Assembly: GCA_035291665.1 (NCBI GenBank)
Contig: DATDRP010000002.1
Coordinates: forward strand, 1,085 to 65,084
Reading direction: 5' to 3'
Origin: Patescibacteria group bacterium
GTDB taxonomy: Bacteria; Patescibacteriota; Microgenomatia; UBA8517
DNA: 64,000 nt
Below, piece after piece: positions 57,980 to 64,000 of this stretch (positions are counted from its first letter, which is position 1; each line of letters opens with the position of its first letter). A program made the position numbers and the translations under genes. The notes beneath the pieces are model-generated. The model saw only the letters and a program-made list of their open reading frames with translations, was not told the DNA's origin and did no database searches.

Positions 57980-58284
57980 CCGAGTTTGTTTTTGATAACT
58001 AAGTTCTTAAACAAACAGCGTTCGCATCCGGTTTTACTAATCCTGATAAAATTTTTAAAGGGGTAAAATCCGGGAGTAAGTTTTTTTGTATCAAAGAGAA
58101 TTTGGATTACGTTCTTTTCAGAAAGCGGGATACTACCGCTGCGGGAGGCTTGTATTGGAATATCAAAATTCTTCATCATGCTTAAAAATGGTTCGTATAA
58201 TAAATCCTTTTTGGCACATCTTCCGCTATACGTCCATAAACAAGGAGGCGTCGAATAAAATATATTGGAATTTTCTTTAACCAT
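57976..58284 (-). CDS. hypothetical protein (102 aa)
   Basis: ORF with a 4-nt overlap to the cupin gene end. No family recognised. Confidence 0.3.
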   Translation of the reverse strand: MVKENSNIFYSTPPCLWTYSGRCAKKDLLYEPFLSMMKNFDIPIQASRSGSIPLSEKNVIQILFDTKKLTPGFYPFKNFIRISKTGCERCLFKNLVIKNKLG

Positions 58285-58385
58285 AAAAAATTAACTGAAT
58301 TCTACCACGCCTGCTGCTTCAATACACAAATGTCAGATATTTTATCAATTTTTATTATTATGATAGAATCGGATTTGCTTTAGAT

Positions 58386-59567
58386 ATGGATAAATATAAG
58401 TGGATTAAAGAAGTATTAAACACCCAAAAAGAAAATAATTTATATATTAATTTCCGGGAAATCCAATCTTCAATGGGTTCTTCACTGAAAGTGGACGGTA
58501 AAATAGTTATAAATCTTTGTGCTAATAATTATCTTGGTTTAGCGTCTGATGAAAGACTGAAAAAAGCTGCCGTTGATGCAATAAAAAAGTTCGGTATAGG
58601 TCCGGCTGCAGTCCGGACGATTGCGGGAACCACGCTCCTTCATAATGAATTGGAAAGGAAACTGGCAAAATTCAAAAAGTCTCAAGATGTCATTACTTTC
58701 CAATCGGGATTCGTTGCCAATATGGCAGTAATACCAATCCTGGTATCGGAAAACGATGTAATTTATTCAGATGAACTGAATCACGCATCAATAATAGACG
58801 GCTGTAAACTCAGTAAAGCCGAGGTCATTCGGTATAAACATTTGGATACAAAAGATTTGGAAAATAAGATAAAAAACCGAAAATTAAAAACCGACACCAG
58901 GCAACTAATAATAACCGATGGAGTATTTTCGATGGATGGTGATATTGCACCACTTCCGGAAATTGTAAAAGTAGCTAGAAAATACAATGCTTATACATTT
59001 GTGGATGATGCGCACGGTGAAGGAGTCCTCGGAAATAACGGCCGCGGAATTGTGGACCATTTCAATTTACACGGACAGGTTGATGTTGAAATCGGAACTC
59101 TTTCCAAAGCATTCGGAGTAGTAGGGGGTTTTGCCAGCGGTAAAAAAATCATAATTGATCTTTTACGTCAAAAAGCAAGACCCTTCTTATTTTCTTCCGC
59201 CCTTACTATTCCTGACACGGCTGCGGCGATAGCCGCAGTTGATATTCTCACAAAATCAGGAAGTCTTGTCAAAAAACTTTGGAGCAACTCGGATTATTTC
59301 AAGTCTCAAATGAAAAACAACGGTTTTGACATCGGAACAAGTGCTACGCCAATTACTCCTGTCATGCTGGGAGATGAAAAACTGGCAAAAAACTTTGCAA
59401 AGAAACTCTTCGAAAACGGCATTTTTGCAACTCCGATAACTTATCCGACGGTTGCGTTGGGAAAAGCCAGAATCAGAGTAATGATTAGCGCCTCCCATTC
59501 CAAAAAGGAACTTGATAAAGCTGTTAAAGAATTTGAAAAGGTGGGAAGAGATTTAAATGTAATTTAA
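58386..59567 (+). CDS. kbl: 2-amino-3-ketobutyrate CoA ligase (glycine C-acetyltransferase), class II aminotransferase
   Basis: PLP-Lys motif GTLSKAFG, fold-type I AOS-family pattern. Paired with an SDR-type threonine dehydrogenase. Confidence 0.7.
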   Translation: MDKYKWIKEVLNTQKENNLYINFREIQSSMGSSLKVDGKIVINLCANNYLGLASDERLKKAAVDAIKKFGIGPAAVRTIAGTTLLHNELERKLAKFKKSQDVITFQSGFVANMAVIPILVSENDVIYSDELNHASIIDGCKLSKAEVIRYKHLDTKDLENKIKNRKLKTDTRQLIITDGVFSMDGDIAPLPEIVKVARKYNAYTFVDDAHGEGVLGNNGRGIVDHFNLHGQVDVEIGTLSKAFGVVGGFASGKKIIIDLLRQKARPFLFSSALTIPDTAAAIAAVDILTKSGSLVKKLWSNSDYFKSQMKNNGFDIGTSATPITPVMLGDEKLAKNFAKKLFENGIFATPITYPTVALGKARIRVMISASHSKKELDKAVKEFEKVGRDLNVI

Positions 59568-59577
59568 CCTTCTAGCT

Positions 59578-60600
59578 ATGAAAAGTAACCAAGACAAACA
59601 AATCCTTGTGACCGGGGCGAATGGTGAAATCGGACACGGACTTTTAACTGAGCTTCACAAAAAAGGTTACCTTATCGTTGCTATAGATATTAATGCGTTA
59701 GACAGGCGGCTCTACCCTTTCATTAAAAAGTTCCATAAAGTAAATATCACATCATCAATAACACTTGAGAAAATCTTTCAGAAATATAATTTCTCATCAA
59801 TATTTCACCTTGCTGCAGTTCTTTCAACAGGCGGAGAAAAAAATCCGGAGCTCGCCCATACGGTTAACGTAGAGGGAACTTTCAACCTATTGTCTCTCGC
59901 AAACAAATACGCACGAAGAAATAATCAGGTAATAAAATTTATTTATCCTTCCACAATTGCAGTATACGGAATGGGCAGTATTAAAGCAAAAAATCAATCT
60001 ATAAAAGTAAAAGAAAACGAATATCTTAAACCAATCACTATGTATGGTATTAATAAGCTATATTGCGAAAATCTCGGTAATTACTTTTCAACTTATTACT
60101 CACAGCTTAATGCTAAAAATTTATTCATCGATTTCCGGAGCGTGAGATTTCCGGGAATCATCAGTGCCGATACGATTCCGTCAGGAGGAACAAGTGATTA
60201 CGGACCCGAAATGCTGCATCATGCAGCAAAAGGACTTACGTACAAATGTTTTGTACGCCCGGACACGACTATGCCTTTCATGGTGATGTCAGACGCCGTA
60301 AAAGCATTAATTCAATTGAATGAAGCAGATATTAAATCACTAAAAACCAAAATTTATAATTTAACCTCATTTTCCGTAAGTGCAAGCGATTTTGAAAAAA
60401 TAATAAAAAAATATTTTTCATCTTTCGTGATAGATTATTTTGTTGATCAAAAAAGACAGCATATTGTCGACTCCTGGCCAAAAGATATGAATGACTCCAG
60501 TGCGAGAAAGGATTGGGGTTGGAAACCAAGATTTAATTTTGAAAAATCCTTCAAGGAATACCTCATCCCCGCGATAATGAAGAAGTATATGGAAATATAA
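59578..60600 (+). CDS. tdh: L-threonine 3-dehydrogenase, extended-SDR (GalE-like) type
   Basis: ILVTGANGEIGHGL Rossmann motif, YxxxK (YGINKLY), 340 aa, directly downstream of kbl. Confidence 0.65.
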   Translation: MKSNQDKQILVTGANGEIGHGLLTELHKKGYLIVAIDINALDRRLYPFIKKFHKVNITSSITLEKIFQKYNFSSIFHLAAVLSTGGEKNPELAHTVNVEGTFNLLSLANKYARRNNQVIKFIYPSTIAVYGMGSIKAKNQSIKVKENEYLKPITMYGINKLYCENLGNYFSTYYSQLNAKNLFIDFRSVRFPGIISADTIPSGGTSDYGPEMLHHAAKGLTYKCFVRPDTTMPFMVMSDAVKALIQLNEADIKSLKTKIYNLTSFSVSASDFEKIIKKYFSSFVIDYFVDQKRQHIVDSWPKDMNDSSARKDWGWKPRFNFEKSFKEYLIPAIMKKYMEI

Positions 60601-60702
60601 CGCTTCTTATTGAGTAATTATCATCCGGAACCAATAGCCTCCACTCTTTTATCAATTGCATTTAAGCCTTGCTTTTGGCAACATTAACAAAAGGGGTTTT
60701 AA

Positions 60703-61932
60703 ATGAAAACTAAATTACCGAAATTACCCGATCTTTCACAAAATAATTTTATTAAACACTTTTCACTTTCAAACAAGCTTGTCGCTATTATTTTTGCAGT
60801 CTCAACATTGGCACTGGTTTCCCTTTTGTACCTGACTTTTCAAAAATCACTTAAAGTCCAAAAGGAATTGGGAAATTTGGGAAAGGAAAAATCCGATTTG
60901 ACAACTTCTTTGGAGCAAAGCCAAAAAGCCTTAGCTGAATTGGAAAATCAGGATCAATATAAAATTAATAAAGATCTCGAAAAAGAAATATTAAACATTC
61001 AAAATACATACAAAAAGGCAGTTGATGTATACGAAGACCTATTGGACTTGAAAACCAAGACCAAAGATACAGAAAAATTGGACGACTCTTTGGCAAAAGT
61101 ATTCACACTCCTATCCAAAAGGGATTATGAATCAGCCGAAAGCGAGCTTGCTTCTTTGAGTACTGAGATAAAAAAGCAGGAAGATGCAATTGCATCAACT
61201 TTTAAAATACCCGAAAATGTTCCGGCGTCCAATACTCCCCCAGGTTCGGGTTATTCAAGACAATCTGTCACAACCGATGCGGGAACGTTTCTTGTTTCCA
61301 TGGTTGCAGCGAACCTTTCTTCAACTAAAGTGATAGTTGATACAGCTTCCGATTCCAACTGTTCAGACAATTGTCCTGTATTGTCATTGGCGGAATATAT
61401 TTCAAGAAATGGAGCTTTTGCGGGAATAAACGGGTCGTATTTTTGTCCTGCAAGCTATCCATCTTGTGCCGGAAAAACCAATTCGTTTGATCTTTTAGTC
61501 ATGAATTACAAAAAAACATATTTTAATTCGGATAACAACGTCTATAGCAGCAATCCCGCCGTAATTTTCGGCGACGGCTATGTTCGCTTCGTTTCATCTG
61601 CATCAGAATGGGGACGCGACACTTCACCGTACGGAGTTCTATCCAATTACCCACTGCTTTTGATGAATAGCGAAATCAAATTCAGCGGCGGCGGAGACGA
61701 CAAATCAGTTGCCAAAGGTGGTCGAAGTTTCGTTGCCAACAAAGGCGGCACCATTTATATCGGAGTTGTTTTTTCGGCAACGATCGCAGAATCTGCAAAA
61801 GCCATGAAGTCGCTTGGTTTTGAAAATGCACTTAACCTGGACGATGGCGGTTCAACTGCACTCTGGAGCGGAGGCTACAAAGCAGGACCTGGCAGAAATA
61901 TTCCAAATGCAATTTTGTTTGTGGGAAAGTAG
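60703..61932 (+). CDS. secreted phosphodiester glycosidase (NAGPA-like, DUF2233) domain protein
   Basis: TM/signal, coiled-coil linker. C-terminal domain carries GINGSYF and NLDDGGSTALW. Confidence 0.6.
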   Translation: MKTKLPKLPDLSQNNFIKHFSLSNKLVAIIFAVSTLALVSLLYLTFQKSLKVQKELGNLGKEKSDLTTSLEQSQKALAELENQDQYKINKDLEKEILNIQNTYKKAVDVYEDLLDLKTKTKDTEKLDDSLAKVFTLLSKRDYESAESELASLSTEIKKQEDAIASTFKIPENVPASNTPPGSGYSRQSVTTDAGTFLVSMVAANLSSTKVIVDTASDSNCSDNCPVLSLAEYISRNGAFAGINGSYFCPASYPSCAGKTNSFDLLVMNYKKTYFNSDNNVYSSNPAVIFGDGYVRFVSSASEWGRDTSPYGVLSNYPLLLMNSEIKFSGGGDDKSVAKGGRSFVANKGGTIYIGVVFSATIAESAKAMKSLGFENALNLDDGGSTALWSGGYKAGPGRNIPNAILFVGK

Positions 61933-61957
61933 AAATATAAAACTTCAAAAAATTTCA

Positions 61958-62302
61958 TTATGAGGAATATTTTAAAAACAGTCTCTCCCAATCAACATCC
62001 AGTTTTTTAATTTGTTTTTCAATATTTTTCAACGCCATGGCCAATTGGGGTTTTAAGTGAAAGTCCGGGGTGTTATTGACTTCCGCCCATTGAAGCCATA
62101 ACTGACGCCGTCTGTTATCTAAACCTTGTTTCACAAATTGGAATTGGACATGTTTACTCAAAGTGTTAAATTCGGGAAATGTCGCCAAATATTCGGGTTC
62201 ATATTCTCCGAGATCAACAGCTTTTTGGAGCGTCATGAACTGCTTAACCCGCGGTCTTCCGCCTTTTATTTGTTCACCTTTTTCCATTCCTTCAAATGCC
62301 AT
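61958..62302 (-). CDS. hypothetical protein (114 aa)
   Basis: ORF. No family recognised. Confidence 0.35.
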   Translation of the reverse strand: MAFEGMEKGEQIKGGRPRVKQFMTLQKAVDLGEYEPEYLATFPEFNTLSKHVQFQFVKQGLDNRRRQLWLQWAEVNNTPDFHLKPQLAMALKNIEKQIKKLDVDWERLFLKYSS

Positions 62303-62321
62303 ATTTAAGGGTATTTTACAA

Positions 62322-63143
62322 CTATATTATTACTTTACATAATGTGCCGGGATATTCTATTTCATTTCCTCCGAAACTTCTTTTAAATCTTGTAAACCCT
62401 TTCCAGGATTTTAATGGATATCGCTCATCATAAATTCCTTCAAAATCGAATATCTTTTTTCCCTCTTTTTTTGCAGATTTAATCGCATCCCAGGCAACGA
62501 GCGTAGGAGTATAAGATTTTTTACCCTTATTGGTTGAAGCGGCATACATATAGTATGATATTTCCTTTGTGCTGACCCTGAGGATTGCAGACATCCAACC
62601 ACCGTCATCTTCAACAAAGTGAACCGAAGCATCTTTACCAAAAGATTTCGCCAGAGCGACAATTTCTTTTTTCTGACTGATAAACATACCCCTATTAAGA
62701 GCGCACCTCTGCCAAAAATCCGCAAACTTGTCAAAATTATTATTACTTTTCACTTTTAACTTTTCGCTTTGTACTTTTCGGATATTGTATCTTGTCTTAT
62801 GGTGCATCTCTTTCAAAAGCAGTTCTTCCGACTTTCCCAAATCAAGTTCCAGAGTTTTACTGGGTAGAAATGGTGAATTATTTTCTTTAAACCCCGATTT
62901 TATCAATTCATTAAACTGTATTTGGCTGCTCGGTTCAACATAAACTGTGGAAAGTTTAAAATTTTTTTCCAAAAAATGAATTAACGAATTCACGTTTAAC
63001 GAAGTCGGTCTTTGGATTTTTATAAACTTCCAAAATAAAACTCTTTTTACATGAATTTTAATACCATCAACCGTTTCCAACTCCCAACCAAGTTTCTTCA
63101 GATATTCGCCATATTTGTTGTTTTGTCTTAGATCGGCCAACAT
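62322..63143 (-). CDS. FemAB-family peptidyltransferase (peptidoglycan interpeptide bridge formation)-like
   Basis: YYMYAASTNKGKKSYTPTLVAWDAIKSAKKEGKKIFDFEGI resembles the FemABX C-terminal GNAT-like block. Confidence 0.6.
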   Translation of the reverse strand: MLADLRQNNKYGEYLKKLGWELETVDGIKIHVKRVLFWKFIKIQRPTSLNVNSLIHFLEKNFKLSTVYVEPSSQIQFNELIKSGFKENNSPFLPSKTLELDLGKSEELLLKEMHHKTRYNIRKVQSEKLKVKSNNNFDKFADFWQRCALNRGMFISQKKEIVALAKSFGKDASVHFVEDDGGWMSAILRVSTKEISYYMYAASTNKGKKSYTPTLVAWDAIKSAKKEGKKIFDFEGIYDERYPLKSWKGFTRFKRSFGGNEIEYPGTLCKVII

Positions 63144-63264
63144 TAATCAAAATAATATCATGATGGTGCCTGCGGGCATAGTCCGCTAAAATCCCCTCGT
63201 TAAATACGTTTTGAAAAATATCCTCCTTCAAGTATGTATATTTTTTTAATATAATTATTCGAAC

Positions 63265-64000
63265 ATGAACCAACTTGTGGCAATACTTTTACTATCAACT
63301 CTCGGGAGCATACTCGGGCTTGTGGGTGGAATAATTTTCTTGGCCACAAAAGGACTTGCAATAAAGCTTCGTCGTTATGCCGTTCCTTTCGCAGCCGGTG
63401 TGATTCTCTCTGCGACTTTTCTGGAACTTATCCCTGAATCGGTGGAGGCAATAGGTGAAAAGAGCTTTGTTTATATTCTATTTGCTTTTCTCGGATCGTT
63501 TTTATTCGAACAGTATTTCGCTACCATGCACCATCACGAAGGTAGAATATCGTCTCTTAACAATTCTATACCGTTAGTTTTATTCGGCGACACGATCCAT
63601 AATTTTATCGACGGAGTTACAATTGCTTCAGCCTATCTGACAAATCCATTTTTCGGGTTGACAGTCGCACTGGCGACATTTTTACATGAAGTTCCCCATG
63701 AAATAGGTGATTTTGGAATACTTTTATCTGCCGGTTGGAAAAAATCACACGCACTTCTGGCAAATTTATTTTCCGCATTTGCAACATTTGTCGGATCTGT
63801 AGTAGTCTACCTGTTCCTTCGCGATTTCAAAGATGTAATTGGGGTCCTTATTTCAATTTCGGCCGGTATATTTTTGTTTTTGGGAGCAACAGATTTCTTA
63901 CCCGAAGTGGGATCGGTTGCTAACCGGAAGAATAACAGGAAAGAAATATTAGTTGTTATACTGGGTGTATTGGCAATCTTCTTTTTGATTCGTTTGACCT
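63265..64000 (+). CDS. ZIP family metal transporter (ZupT-like), runs off window end
   Basis: ATG at 63265. Translation MNQLVAILLLSTLG..., with HNFIDGV and HEVPHEIGDFGILL motifs. Not in the ORF track because no stop codon lies within the window. Confidence 0.7.
   Translation, partial: MNQLVAILLLSTLGSILGLVGGIIFLATKGLAIKLRRYAVPFAAGVILSATFLELIPESVEAIGEKSFVYILFAFLGSFLFEQYFATMHHHEGRISSLNNSIPLVLFGDTIHNFIDGVTIASAYLTNPFFGLTVALATFLHEVPHEIGDFGILLSAGWKKSHALLANLFSAFATFVGSVVVYLFLRDFKDVIGVLISISAGIFLFLGATDFLPEVGSVANRKNNRKEILVVILGVLAIFFLIRLT

Overview
This is a low-GC window (roughly 33-36%) in which most genes lie on the minus strand; the gene content looks like a small-genome CPR-type bacterium. I cannot name the organism from sequence alone, and a complete RF2 gene suggests the standard genetic code. 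Housekeeping content: the 5' part of an F-type ATP synthase operon (atpZ-like, atpB, atpE, atpF, a truncated delta, atpA start), a GT2-GtrA fusion, a MacAB-like ABC efflux triad, trmD, a PgeF/YfiH protein, a CMP/dCMP-type deaminase, galE, a VanZ-like protein, ftsE-ftsX plus an EnvC-like M23 protein, prfB, an FKBP isomerase, tgt, a glycogen cluster (ROK kinase, GH15, GH57, glgA), a membrane-anchored Clp-like AAA+ protein, kbl-tdh, a FemAB-like transferase and a partial ZIP transporter. The accessory part (about 16.9-36.9 kb) is the most interesting. It contains a REP-associated tyrosine transposase (RAYT, an IS200-like Y1 HuH enzyme) flanked by inverted REPs that share a CACCC-N3-GGGTG hairpin core. 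At least two further dispersed repeat families (REP-B, about 57 bp, and a GC-rich hairpin family C) punctuate an array of small paralogous cassette-like genes. A co-directional locus of secreted proteins looks like a surface-fibre/appendage system: a sortase, an FN3 protein with an LAxTG-like (LATTG) signal, an RTX calcium-binding protein, a SipW-type signal peptidase fused in frame to its own cognate cargo with lamin-tail domains, and two TasA/camelysin-like paralogs with SipW-cognate signal peptides. Two giant N/T/G-rich repeat proteins follow. Other notable items: a delta subunit reduced to its 66-aa C-terminal domain, a divergent short DnaE-like polymerase, an EnvC-like protein whose M23 domain appears circularly permuted, a ClpC-like ATPase with an N-terminal transmembrane anchor and a degenerate first nucleotide-binding domain, and an unannotated YezD-like small ORF.
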